DNA of 64,000 nt, from positions 41,968 through 105,967 of IMG/VR virus record IMGVR_UViG_3300045988_096785; one strand, given 5' to 3'. Position numbers and translations under genes: made by a program. The notes under the pieces were generated by a model. It did no database searches, was not told the DNA's origin, and saw only the letters and a program-made list of their open reading frames with translations. This stretch comes from a virus. Below, in pieces: positions 38,672 to 48,128 of the stretch. Position 1 is the first letter of the stretch; each line of letters starts with the position of its first letter.

Positions 38672-39988
38672 TTATATCATGAATCTTTTAGACATTTCCT
38701 CTGCAATATCATATACAACCGTATGATCTTCTTCATTGTACGGCTTATTGATATTCAACACTCCTTTTCTCACTTTAAACTTCTTATCTTTTCTAAGGTG
38801 ATTCAACATACCTTGTTGGAACACACAGTCCGCCTTTTCAAGTGCTACACTGTCTTCTGTCCATTCTTTCAGCGTATATCCTTTACTGCTCGTGCTTTTT
38901 GGAGAAAAGTTCATAATACGTGCATCAATGCCATACCATGCTTTAACCATTCTTCTTTCAGCTTCCAATTGGAATGCATATGATTCCCATATTCCTCCCG
39001 ATTTAAAGTCAAGAATGACCACTTCTTCTTTTTCCACTTCTCTTACTTCCTTCTTCGGATCACCTTTTTTGAACTGTCCGGTAGCCCTTTGATACACGGC
39101 TCCAAAATAACCTTCTTCTTTGTATTTGAATGTCATTTTAACCATCGCATCAATAGGTGTTGCTACAAGGTAATCCTCTAAAGAAAGGATTCTTTCTATC
39201 ATCATCGGTTTCACCTTGTAATCAGAACAGAATTTGGCAAACTTCATGACCCTGACAATCATATCGTCAAGATCATCTATGCTATTAAAGAACCGATCAA
39301 GATTTTTCTTAGATATTTTCAGTTTGCCTTCTTGCACTGTCTTAACCACAAAGCTTCGATTTAAGACCATATCTCTACCTGTTAGGTACAATCCGTATAA
39401 GTAGTGCATGATCGTTCCCTTATCGGCTTCATACTGCGCTACCTCTTCTGGATTGCGACCAAGCATCTTTATCTCTTGCTTCCATTCCTGAAGTGCTGTC
39501 TTATCATCTACATACCCATCTTTGATTAAAGTTGTTACCGAAGCATATATCTTAGCCGTCCCATCATCCATCTTTCTTACATAAAAACGATTATCGTCTA
39601 ATGTCAATCTTACGAATTTGGGAGTCTCAATCTTCTTCAATTCATCACAGATATAAAATGGCTCTAACGTTTCCTGATTTTCTGTAAACGGATTCAAATC
39701 TTCTTCTCCAGGGTTAGGAGCGGCTTCCTCCGCCGGAGCTTCCGGTTCCTCTCCCTGGACCGGCTCTGGCTCAGGCGCCGGCTCTTCAACTATTGGAACC
39801 TGCCCGCCTCTTTCTGCTATGTCTCTGTTCTTTATTAAAGACATAACCTCCTTCTTCAACTGCTCTGGTGTTTGGTTAGGATCTGACACCGACATCACAA
39901 CATCGTTCATTCTAAACAACGTATTTCCTTCTCCTTCCACCATGGGTACAAATCCTAAATTTGTCAATATTTTTATTTTTTCTTTCAT
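38672..39988 (-). CDS. PD-(D/E)XK family nuclease (RecB/lambda-exo-like), 438 aa, with an acidic Pro/Glu linker
   Basis: TPIDAMV and VVILDFKSGG match motifs II/III. YAFQLEAERRM matches the QxxxY-like motif. Paralogous to the 29175..30194 nuclease core. Confidence 0.45.
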   Translation of the reverse strand: MKEKIKILTNLGFVPMVEGEGNTLFRMNDVVMSVSDPNQTPEQLKKEVMSLIKNRDIAERGGQVPIVEEPAPEPEPVQGEEPEAPAEEAAPNPGEEDLNPFTENQETLEPFYICDELKKIETPKFVRLTLDDNRFYVRKMDDGTAKIYASVTTLIKDGYVDDKTALQEWKQEIKMLGRNPEEVAQYEADKGTIMHYLYGLYLTGRDMVLNRSFVVKTVQEGKLKISKKNLDRFFNSIDDLDDMIVRVMKFAKFCSDYKVKPMMIERILSLEDYLVATPIDAMVKMTFKYKEEGYFGAVYQRATGQFKKGDPKKEVREVEKEEVVILDFKSGGIWESYAFQLEAERRMVKAWYGIDARIMNFSPKSTSSKGYTLKEWTEDSVALEKADCVFQQGMLNHLRKDKKFKVRKGVLNINKPYNEEDHTVVYDIAEEMSKRFMI

Positions 39989-40170
39989 GATCTTCCTCTA
40001 ATCAATTCTTCTTTAATACAATGTAACACTGTTTCCACTTCATCTTTATCTCTATCTTTCACTGCGATAGCTATATCCTTACCATAACTCTCTCTTCGTA
40101 TGTGAGCATAAAAGATAGTTTCATCGTCAGCTTCTATTCTTATTTTATAAAGTTTTCTCATATCTGTCAA
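39985..40170 (-). CDS. Small hypothetical protein (61 aa)
   Basis: ORF. Confidence 0.35.
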   Translation of the reverse strand: MTDMRKLYKIRIEADDETIFYAHIRRESYGKDIAIAVKDRDKDEVETVLHCIKEELIRGRS

Positions 40171-40660
40171 TTATTTCAATAATTAATCTACCTCTTTCTT
40201 TAATCATTCCCCTGCTTTCCATATCCAGCACCTTCTTTACCGCATACTTCCATACAAAAGGAAATTCTGTTTCAAGTTTATCAAATTCCATCCGGTCAAG
40301 ATACATGTCGAATACCGTATGCTCCGATTCATGAAGGAAAACTATATTATCCCTGCAAGTAGCAACCGACTTATATATCCTTTTCGGAAGTATGTGACAT
40401 ACGTTACATACTGTAGGAAAATGAATAGCCTTACCGGTCATAGACATCCGACTATTATTTAACTCTTCCAGCATAAGACGAAAAAACCCGGATAAATCCG
40501 GGTTCTCTAACTTTTTCTTCTTGCTGCTGTTTTTAATGGATGTAATTCTGTCTTTTTTCTTCGGAGTCAACTCTTTGCTCCTGCAAGCCTGGCATAAGCC
40601 ATGACTTCTTATCATCACTTTTCGTCCGCATCTTTCGCAGACGTACAATTTCTTTTCCAC
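40145..40660 (-). CDS. Zinc-ribbon hypothetical protein (171 aa)
   Basis: CERCG...CQAC N-terminal motif. Confidence 0.5.
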   Translation of the reverse strand: MEKKLYVCERCGRKVMIRSHGLCQACRSKELTPKKKDRITSIKNSSKKKKLENPDLSGFFRLMLEELNNSRMSMTGKAIHFPTVCNVCHILPKRIYKSVATCRDNIVFLHESEHTVFDMYLDRMEFDKLETEFPFVWKYAVKKVLDMESRGMIKERGRLIIEIIDRYEKTL

Positions 40661-40837
40661 TCTTTATATTTCAATACAAGTGATATGCTTGAAAAGGATA
40701 CTGCCGTTAAAGATAACGTATATGGTAAGTTCATTAACCATCTCGGTACTTCTTCGGTCTTAATCACTATCAACAAAGTAGCACCTGCTACTACCAATAA
40801 TACAATTGCTGTCGCAAGTGCTACACGGGAAACAATA

Positions 40838-41308
40838 TCACTCATCAGTTTTCTTTTCTCCCAATTTTTCTACACCTTTTTGCAGATCGTATTTAAACAC
40901 TTCAATGATCTTTGTTTCAGCAATAGACTCGCAATTCCAGTCTCCCAACGTACCCTGCATACCTTTAGTCAACACAGCTTCGGCGTCTTTAGGATTGCCG
41001 GCTTGGACATACATATAGCATGGCGTTTTCTTTTCTTTACCTTTCTTTTCATCCAGTGTAATGTAATTCACCTTGCACTTATACCAGTACTCAGCTTCTC
41101 CGTTGAAAAAGATTTCTGACACTTTAATAGGGTTAATTTTTACAACCTCGAAAGAATTGTACAAATCCTTAAAGATCTCCAACGATCTTGATTCTGCCTC
41201 TGTATAAGACAAGGCATCCACCAAATACTTTTCAGTTACTTTCTTTTTTTTGCCGTTCTCGATATTATCAATCTCGGCTTTTACCGTAATTTCAAACCAG
41301 CGATTCAT
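40838..41308 (-). CDS. Hypothetical protein (156 aa)
   Basis: ORF. Confidence 0.5.
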   Translation of the reverse strand: MNRWFEITVKAEIDNIENGKKKKVTEKYLVDALSYTEAESRSLEIFKDLYNSFEVVKINPIKVSEIFFNGEAEYWYKCKVNYITLDEKKGKEKKTPCYMYVQAGNPKDAEAVLTKGMQGTLGDWNCESIAETKIIEVFKYDLQKGVEKLGEKKTDE

Positions 41309-41319
41309 TGTATTAATAT

Positions 41320-41628
41320 TTAATTAGTTGATTTCTTTCCTTTCTCTATACTGTTTTTAAATCTTTCAGAACACCACTGCAAAACGTCCATCATCATCAT
41401 CTCATTATTAGATAAGATACCTTTTATAACTAACGCCAATTGATGCTGTGACATTCTTAAGCTCATATCAAATCTTCTTTCCTCTTCATTTACTATCGTG
41501 GCTACGAAATACTTACACCCCTCTAAGTGCGTCAGGGCCTCAATCATAGCCTCCTTTATCTCTTTTTCTTCCATTATGTTTGTTTTTTTGGACAAAGATA
41601 TGTCTTTTGATAATAAAAAAAGATTCAA
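41320..41628 (-). CDS. Hypothetical protein (102 aa)
   Basis: ORF. Confidence 0.45.
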   Translation of the reverse strand: MNLFLLSKDISLSKKTNIMEEKEIKEAMIEALTHLEGCKYFVATIVNEEERRFDMSLRMSQHQLALVIKGILSNNEMMMMDVLQWCSERFKNSIEKGKKSTN

Positions 41629-41648
41629 AATGATTTAATTTAGCTTAA

Positions 41649-42317
41649 TTACCGCTCTTTTGATTCGTCCGACATAGGCATGTCAAACTTTTTCCTGATA
41701 AACGATTCTGTTTCTTCATTGAATGGATAGGCCTCCTTGATAAAATTCATAGCCACCTCCATGTCGCCATCTGCTATATCCTTATACCTCTCAAAGATGC
41801 CAACCATGTCGTTGTTATATGAACGCTCTTGTTTTATATTGTACACGTATTTCAATACCCTATCTTTGATTTCATTGGCTTTTTTCACGGTGTCATTGAA
41901 GGTATTTATACCTGTCAATTCAGGGTTTTTATTTTTCTCATCTATCTTATCAAACTCTTCCTCGCTATATCCTGTTTCTCCTTTAACAGCCGGGCAAACA
42001 CCCTCCTTCATGATCCAAAACTGTTCATACGATCCTGCCAGATATCTCGATTCTGTTTTAAATGCATTATACTTGACAAGCAAATTAGCCACCTCAGTTG
42101 CACCTTCTATGGTTCTAAAACCGATGCCGATATCTTTTAATACAAATAATGGAACTCCTGTTTTGGGGTACGAGATTTCTTTTTTGTTCTTTATATTCCA
42201 GTTTTTAGCTTCAATTGGAATACCTTTATTAGCAAGCTCTTTGTCTATATACAGACTTATGTCTTCGTCTGTCAATGCCACAATCTCATCTCTGCTTAAA
42301 TCAAAAACTGTTTTCAT
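41649..42317 (-). CDS. Hypothetical protein (222 aa)
   Basis: ORF. Confidence 0.5.
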   Translation of the reverse strand: MKTVFDLSRDEIVALTDEDISLYIDKELANKGIPIEAKNWNIKNKKEISYPKTGVPLFVLKDIGIGFRTIEGATEVANLLVKYNAFKTESRYLAGSYEQFWIMKEGVCPAVKGETGYSEEEFDKIDEKNKNPELTGINTFNDTVKKANEIKDRVLKYVYNIKQERSYNNDMVGIFERYKDIADGDMEVAMNFIKEAYPFNEETESFIRKKFDMPMSDESKER

Positions 42318-42517
42318 TTTTCTTTATTTATTAAATTAAACAACTTACTTCTTTGTTCAGGCTCCGTATATTCTACCCATATATCGGCTGCCACATTTCT
42401 AAGAAATTCCATAAAGTCTTGATGATCTCTGTATTCAGTAGAATCGACTTTTCTCACAAAACTTAGAATTTCCTTTAACATCTTATTGTTTTCTTCAAGA
42501 AGTTCTCTGTCAGTCAT
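42314..42517 (-). CDS. Small hypothetical protein (67 aa)
   Basis: ORF with ATGA overlap. Confidence 0.4.
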   Translation of the reverse strand: MTDRELLEENNKMLKEILSFVRKVDSTEYRDHQDFMEFLRNVAADIWVEYTEPEQRSKLFNLINKEK

Positions 42518-42625
42518 AACCTTTCAAATTTTCTTCTTAAGCCTTTACCTGCCCAGATATCATGTCTTTTTCTTGATAAATCTTTGCTGCTTTTCCAATA
42601 TCTTCTCTCTTCATAATTTTATACT

Positions 42626-42886
42626 TTAATCTAACACTCCAATAAAATCATCGGGAGTTATATATCCTGCTGATTCCATACAGTCTATAATCTCATTCGC
42701 ATTCATTTCTGAACAGTTCCATTCAAGCATGATTTCATTTCCTGGAGTCATGCTCAAATTAGGCTCAATATCTCTAAATCCTGAGAAAGCAAGATGTTTC
42801 CAAATGGATTGCAGTGCAAGGTCTGCTTCATTTTGTTTGTTTTCTGCTTTCTTTATGGCATTTCTTAATCTTTTATTCATTATCAC
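42626..42886 (-). CDS. Hypothetical protein (86 aa)
   Basis: ORF. Confidence 0.4.
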   Translation of the reverse strand: MIMNKRLRNAIKKAENKQNEADLALQSIWKHLAFSGFRDIEPNLSMTPGNEIMLEWNCSEMNANEIIDCMESAGYITPDDFIGVLD

Positions 42887-43142
42887 CCCCTCCCTCTTCT
42901 TCTTTGCATGGGAGCAAGTCTTCGATGTATGCCCAGCGCATATAATGATTCTTTTCCGAAAGTTCTTCCCATGGCTTGCTCTTGGTTAAAAAATAGACCA
43001 AATCATAAGCACTGTCAATATCCTCCACAATGAGCAGCTTCCCTTTGTCTGGCTTTTCTCTTGCATCGTGCCACACGCTGTTAATGCGCCATTCTGCACC
43101 AGCTTTAAAAAGAGGAACAGCATATTCTATATCTTGTTTCAT
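42873..43142 (-). CDS. Hypothetical protein (89 aa)
   Basis: ORF. Confidence 0.4.
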   Translation of the reverse strand: MKQDIEYAVPLFKAGAEWRINSVWHDAREKPDKGKLLIVEDIDSAYDLVYFLTKSKPWEELSEKNHYMRWAYIEDLLPCKEEEGGGDNE

Positions 43143-43186
43143 GTCTTATTATTGTTTAATTAATTTAAATATTTTTAGTTTTGAAA

Positions 43187-43432
43187 TTATTTAATATGCT
43201 TATCGGCTGGATTGATTATCAATCCATCGTCACATGAAGGGAATGATATGTTAGATTCTCCATTATCAAGATTAGTCAGTTTAACCGTTCCAGCATATTC
43301 ATCATCCACAAAAAACAATTGACCCGAAGAAACCACAAACCTGCATTGATATGCATTCATCATTGCTCCAAGTTGTCTAATCTTAGTTTTAATCTCTAAA
43401 AGTTGAGCGTTGTTGATTATATTCTTATTCAT
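43187..43432 (-). CDS. Hypothetical protein (81 aa)
   Basis: ORF. Confidence 0.4.
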   Translation of the reverse strand: MNKNIINNAQLLEIKTKIRQLGAMMNAYQCRFVVSSGQLFFVDDEYAGTVKLTNLDNGESNISFPSCDDGLIINPADKHIK

Positions 43433-43586
43433 ATTTTATTAAAGTTTATCTATTATTTTGTCATCCATTTCCTGCCATTCATCACTCACGCTTATAACCA
43501 ATCCTATGACAGTGAATGATAATAGCAACGTAAAAATAAGCCATAACAGAAAGCAGATAAAAAACACATACATACCTCATGATTTT

Positions 43587-44333
43587 TCAGTTGTTAGATA
43601 AAAGCAAAATCGGTTCATTTGACTCCGCAATTGCTTTTATTTGTTCTGGATTGATAAAACTCTTAACTTGTTCGCTTATATTACAAATGGACTTGATCAT
43701 ATCAACGAATAATTTCGAGGTACATTCGTTACACTCCACTTCCATTACCTGTTTATGTCTATTGTATGATATGCTCGTTACACAATTCAGCCAGTGCGCA
43801 TAGGTTCCTTTTTCTGTATTTAACCTGCTGTATTCTACTTTTGTCTCTCCATTTCCATATTCAATTACTCTTTTTAGAAATGGTTTTGCATAAACACTAA
43901 AACCGAAAGGTTGGGCGTTTAAGGCATCTAAACGGGAAGTTCCATCCCTCCATTCTCCATTTTCATCGCCTCCTGTCCATTCCTTAGAGGGGTTAGGGAC
44001 AATATTTCCGTTTTTGTCATATGAAAACAGGCAATTCGTTTCCAGTTGATACTTAATAACAGGCACTTCTTCTACTATTTTATAACTCAAACATCTCTTC
44101 AGAACTTTCCTGATTTGACTCACTAAATCAGAAAATGATGTGCTATTGAAATATCCTTCGTTACCTAATCTGTTTGTAGGTAATTTGATCCCATAAGAAC
44201 GAATCTTATCCACATCTTCTTTTGATAAAGTAGTGGTAAGCACTCCTTTTTGGGTGATATTCACTTTAACAGTTACAGATAAACTGTTGTTATCATTCTT
44301 TTCCGTTATATTTAGTGTTGTTAATACTGCCAT
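43587..44333 (-). CDS. Hypothetical protein (248 aa)
   Basis: ORF. Confidence 0.5.
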   Translation of the reverse strand: MAVLTTLNITEKNDNNSLSVTVKVNITQKGVLTTTLSKEDVDKIRSYGIKLPTNRLGNEGYFNSTSFSDLVSQIRKVLKRCLSYKIVEEVPVIKYQLETNCLFSYDKNGNIVPNPSKEWTGGDENGEWRDGTSRLDALNAQPFGFSVYAKPFLKRVIEYGNGETKVEYSRLNTEKGTYAHWLNCVTSISYNRHKQVMEVECNECTSKLFVDMIKSICNISEQVKSFINPEQIKAIAESNEPILLLSNN

Positions 44334-44351
44334 AATCAGATCTTTTTAAAA

Positions 44352-44603
44352 TCAATTTGAATAAATATAATGCATTCCTGCTTCATATACCTTATGTACA
44401 TCAGGGTCATTCTTGTCTTCCGGTTCCAATTCACTCTCTTCACAAGTATAATCCCATTCAGAGTTGTAGTACATATCCTCGTCTGTTTTCTCCAAGGAAC
44501 AATCTTTCATTAGATTCATATTTTCTCCCCATACTGCAACTTCTTGCTGTTGCTCTTCTTCTGTCATAAGGGATATTTTGTCTTTCAATTCTTTCCAGGT
44601 CAT
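44352..44603 (-). CDS. Small acidic hypothetical protein (83 aa)
   Basis: ORF. Confidence 0.4.
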   Translation of the reverse strand: MTWKELKDKISLMTEEEQQQEVAVWGENMNLMKDCSLEKTDEDMYYNSEWDYTCEESELEPEDKNDPDVHKVYEAGMHYIYSN

Positions 44604-44663
44604 GATTTCTAAAATATGATCAATAATTCATTCTACATCAAAAAGTTGATCTAACACCAATAA

Positions 44664-45011
44664 TTAGGCATCCATATCTTCATCTTTCGGGAAACGAACT
44701 TTTATGTTTCCGAACTTAGATGTCTTAAACAAGATGTAGGGGTTCATGTCTTCGGCAGTCACCGGCTTATATTCCTTAACTTCCGACATCTTGAGATACC
44801 AGTCGCCTATTTTTACAAATCCGGAGAAGACAGAACATAGATGCGCTTTTACAGACTGTATCTCCTTTTTATCTTTGAAAGGTATAATTTCGTCCTTTCC
44901 CCTTATCCTGATTGACAGAAAAGGGCGAATGTTATCTGTTTCATTTTGAAATTTGAAGCCTGTTATGGCCTGCTTTGGGATTCTTCTCCCCATTAATACA
45001 AAATAGCTCAT
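44664..45011 (-). CDS. Hypothetical protein (115 aa)
   Basis: ORF. Confidence 0.45.
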   Translation of the reverse strand: MSYFVLMGRRIPKQAITGFKFQNETDNIRPFLSIRIRGKDEIIPFKDKKEIQSVKAHLCSVFSGFVKIGDWYLKMSEVKEYKPVTAEDMNPYILFKTSKFGNIKVRFPKDEDMDA

Positions 45012-45023
45012 TGTTGAAAATAT

Positions 45024-45821
45024 TTAATTGGACATAAATATACAAGTTTTACTAAGATATCCTTCTGTCATCTCTATGAAATTCACACAATCTAATTTGC
45101 TTAACTTGTAAATCAATGCCGGATTGTGTATTATGGCTATAATTTGTGTTTGTGGTTTATGAAATGATAATACATTGTAAATCTGCATTATGTTGTCAAT
45201 ATCAAGATTCCTGTCTGGCTCATCCATGAGAACCGTGTATTCAAAACTGCCTTCTGTTAATGTTATGCGGTTTCTTTTATAATACTTCAACAGGTTATCA
45301 ATTCTTTTGATCCAAAATGCATTTGATTTTTTCTTGTATTCTGCAAGATCTTGCATTGGAAACGCATAATCCTTTTGGTTGAACATTAAATTGAAAAGTG
45401 ATTCCAATGATAACACCACTTTTTCTCCATAAGATTTTTGAATGCTATTCACATACAAATCGAAATTGCTGATGTTTTTTAATACACTATCTCGATTTGT
45501 CTCCGCCGATGGCAATAAACGGAATACTTTCCCTGCATAATCGGATAATATGCCAATCCCATCAAGAACCTTGTCATCATCATCAAATATAGGTGGAAAA
45601 TCCAGCGCCTCGATCGGCATTTCAGAGCACATGGACTTCTCACATAACGCATACATTGATATGATGTTAAGTAAGGTTGATTTTCCACTACCGTTTTTCC
45701 CTATAATCACATTCACTCCTGGCTTGAAAATAAATTCTCTGCCATTTTCAAACGCCTCTATGTCAGAAACATATTCAAAAGGAGTTTTTGTGTTGTCTTT
45801 TATTTTTACTGATGTTATCAT
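45024..45821 (-). CDS. Compact ABC-type (SMC/RecF-like) ATPase, 265 aa
   Basis: Walker A GKNGSGKST. Signature-like SYGEKVVLSL. Walker B VLMDEPDRNLD. H-loop IIAIIHNP. Confidence 0.65.
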   Translation of the reverse strand: MITSVKIKDNTKTPFEYVSDIEAFENGREFIFKPGVNVIIGKNGSGKSTLLNIISMYALCEKSMCSEMPIEALDFPPIFDDDDKVLDGIGILSDYAGKVFRLLPSAETNRDSVLKNISNFDLYVNSIQKSYGEKVVLSLESLFNLMFNQKDYAFPMQDLAEYKKKSNAFWIKRIDNLLKYYKRNRITLTEGSFEYTVLMDEPDRNLDIDNIMQIYNVLSFHKPQTQIIAIIHNPALIYKLSKLDCVNFIEMTEGYLSKTCIFMSN

Positions 45822-45833
45822 ATGTAATCCTTT

Positions 45834-46670
45834 TTAAAAATCAATTACCGCCCGAACCCCGTTACTATTGCACTTGCAGTTGCTGCCCGTGAGGCCATTG
45901 GAGAAGTACACGATCCATGCGGCGCTCTGGCTGTACTCGGTACTGGACCAATACCACGCCGAGCCTAACGGTTTTGCGCCTATGTATTCAAGCGCATCGT
46001 TTATACTGTCTTTGTAATGCGCCATTAGGTTGAGTTGTCTCAACGAAGGGATGTATTCGCCATCTTCCAGCAGATTTTTCAACTTTGGATTTCTGGCTAC
46101 AAAGCGTTCCGTATTGTCGTGTCCGTCAATGTCAAACAGCGCATCACATTCACGTTCGTAATATGTCTCACCTCCGGATTCTTCACGGCTATCATCGTCA
46201 AGCAATTGTACGTTATCATGCTCCGTCAGTGAGATAGCAAACGATACGTCTTTGTGCTTTAATCCAATATAACGCACATTCTTTTTGAAATTCTCTCCAG
46301 TAAACGGCTCAGCGTGTCCGTTTCCGTAGATTAGATACAAACCATCTTTTCTTGATGGTACTCTATTTTCACATACGCATCTTTCATTTTTGGAACTTAC
46401 AATTATATTTAACTCATTTAACACATGATCTTTTATAACCTCCTTACATATTCTTTCTACAAAATCAGAATTTCTTTGTTTAAGTTCGTCATTAACCATA
46501 CATCTGATCCAATGTTCTATTTGATTGTTATTCCCATATGTATTATTCATACACTGTTTTACAAGTTTTTCCAATAATGATTCTATGTTTTTGATTATGT
46601 CTTCTTTGGTAAGGTGAAGTTCATTTAGTATGCAGTTCCTTACCGCCTTGTATTCTTTACTTGTTCTCAT
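45834..46670 (-). CDS. Protein with a C-terminal DUF1566 (Lcl C-terminal domain)-like region, 278 aa
   Basis: YIPSLRQLNLM...GSAWYWSSTEYSQSAAWIVYFSNG...NGVRAV resembles the DUF1566 signature (WRLPt..EL...yWSSt...aw.v.f..G...vRcVR) as I recall it. Confidence 0.5.
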   Translation of the reverse strand: MRTSKEYKAVRNCILNELHLTKEDIIKNIESLLEKLVKQCMNNTYGNNNQIEHWIRCMVNDELKQRNSDFVERICKEVIKDHVLNELNIIVSSKNERCVCENRVPSRKDGLYLIYGNGHAEPFTGENFKKNVRYIGLKHKDVSFAISLTEHDNVQLLDDDSREESGGETYYERECDALFDIDGHDNTERFVARNPKLKNLLEDGEYIPSLRQLNLMAHYKDSINDALEYIGAKPLGSAWYWSSTEYSQSAAWIVYFSNGLTGSNCKCNSNGVRAVIDF

Positions 46671-46681
46671 GATGATATTTT

Positions 46682-46918
46682 TTATAATTCAACTCCCTTA
46701 TTTTCCATTTCCTTAATTACCTTTCTTGCTGTCTCAAGTTCAAAAAGTCTCGCTATTGCTTCATCCTTCATTTTTTTAGCATTTCTGAATCTTTCAGGGT
46801 TTTCTCCTCTCTTAAAAAAGTCATAACCGGCCTCTTCGTATTCTGAAATGGATCTCTTTACTTCCATAACTGCTTTGAATGATTCATTTTCAAGATAAGC
46901 ATGTGCTGTTGGTTTCAT
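46682..46918 (-). CDS. Small hypothetical protein (78 aa)
   Basis: ORF overlapping the methyltransferase stop. Confidence 0.4.
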   Translation of the reverse strand: MKPTAHAYLENESFKAVMEVKRSISEYEEAGYDFFKRGENPERFRNAKKMKDEAIARLFELETARKVIKEMENKGVEL

Positions 46919-47580
46919 TTTAGTTCTTTGATTAAAGCATCCGCATATATCACAGCTAATTCAGCCGCCTTATCACACGCTTCCAATATTAATTCACCGT
47001 GAGGTCCACGCCCTGATACAGATGTGATCGGAAGCACAGTTTTCGCTATCTCGTATCTACGTTGTTCCCAATCTACATGGGTGTTACACGGTTCTTGATT
47101 GACCTGTATATATCTTCCTTCAATATTAGAAGATCTTAATGTTTCCGCATTCTCTTCGCCGAATGCAACCAGAATAGACCCACATCCTGGACTTTCACCT
47201 ATTGTCCCATCTTCTCTGTGGAATTTCATTCTTCCTTTCATGAACAATATACCTTTCGCTTTCGGGAATACAACATCCTGAAACATCTTATTGTCAAGAC
47301 GATTGAAAAGAAGAGCTATTCCATTATTGTACTCTACCATACGAGTAATAAAATGCTCTATCGTCGGTCTTGAATAAGGTGGGTTTAACCATACCCTTCC
47401 TTCCCATTCCTGTTTTAATCCATCTTGTTCTTTGTTGTACATCACTCTGGCTGTCCTCCATAAAGGACGCATAGGCGCACATGGATCTAAATCAAATTCT
47501 CCTAAAGCATCTATAATCTCTTTAGGTGTGTACCATTCATCTGTACTATTTTTTTTTGATTTTTCAAATGATGTGTTCAT
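46915..47580 (-). CDS. Phage-type DNA N6-adenine methyltransferase (221 aa)
   Basis: DEWYTPKEIIDALGEFDLDPCA N-terminal motif and WLNPPYS catalytic motif IV. Confidence 0.8.
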   Translation of the reverse strand: MNTSFEKSKKNSTDEWYTPKEIIDALGEFDLDPCAPMRPLWRTARVMYNKEQDGLKQEWEGRVWLNPPYSRPTIEHFITRMVEYNNGIALLFNRLDNKMFQDVVFPKAKGILFMKGRMKFHREDGTIGESPGCGSILVAFGEENAETLRSSNIEGRYIQVNQEPCNTHVDWEQRRYEIAKTVLPITSVSGRGPHGELILEACDKAAELAVIYADALIKELK

Positions 47581-47598
47581 ATATTTATGTTTTATAAG

Positions 47599-47919
47599 TT
47601 AATCCCATCCTCCATCAGCATACAAAGATACGTCTTCCTCCTCTACATTCACACCCTTAAGAGCTTGCAGAAGCTTTTTCTTTGTCTCCCTACACATATT
47701 GTAACCATATCCCTTATACTTATATGATCTTTCCCATGTACTCACTGGGAAGGGGATATTTTCATCAATGACCAGCCTCTTCATATGAAGATGTTCGAAG
47801 AATTTATCATGGTATAGAAGTTTATACTCGTATCCTACTATATCAGTAGATGAGAATGGAAAATAATCATCTTCCTTTTCTTCGTATTTAGGCTCCTTAT
47901 AGTAAGCCATTTTTGTCAC
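47599..47919 (-). CDS. Hypothetical protein (106 aa)
   Basis: ORF. Confidence 0.45.
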   Translation of the reverse strand: MTKMAYYKEPKYEEKEDDYFPFSSTDIVGYEYKLLYHDKFFEHLHMKRLVIDENIPFPVSTWERSYKYKGYGYNMCRETKKKLLQALKGVNVEEEDVSLYADGGWD

Positions 47920-48128
47920 AGTAAAATCGAAGCTCCTAAGAATCTCTTCTGGCTTTCCAAACTCTGACTCTATGAACTCTATCCATACCTTTTCTCCCTC
48001 TTTCTGGAACGCACATACCTTCTATTTCTCCACTTTTAATTTTTCTCGCCGTATTTAAATCAAACGGAACAACAATTGAATTTTTCATATCTTTTCGTTT
48101 TTAATTGTTATAAAATAGGATGGGTTAC

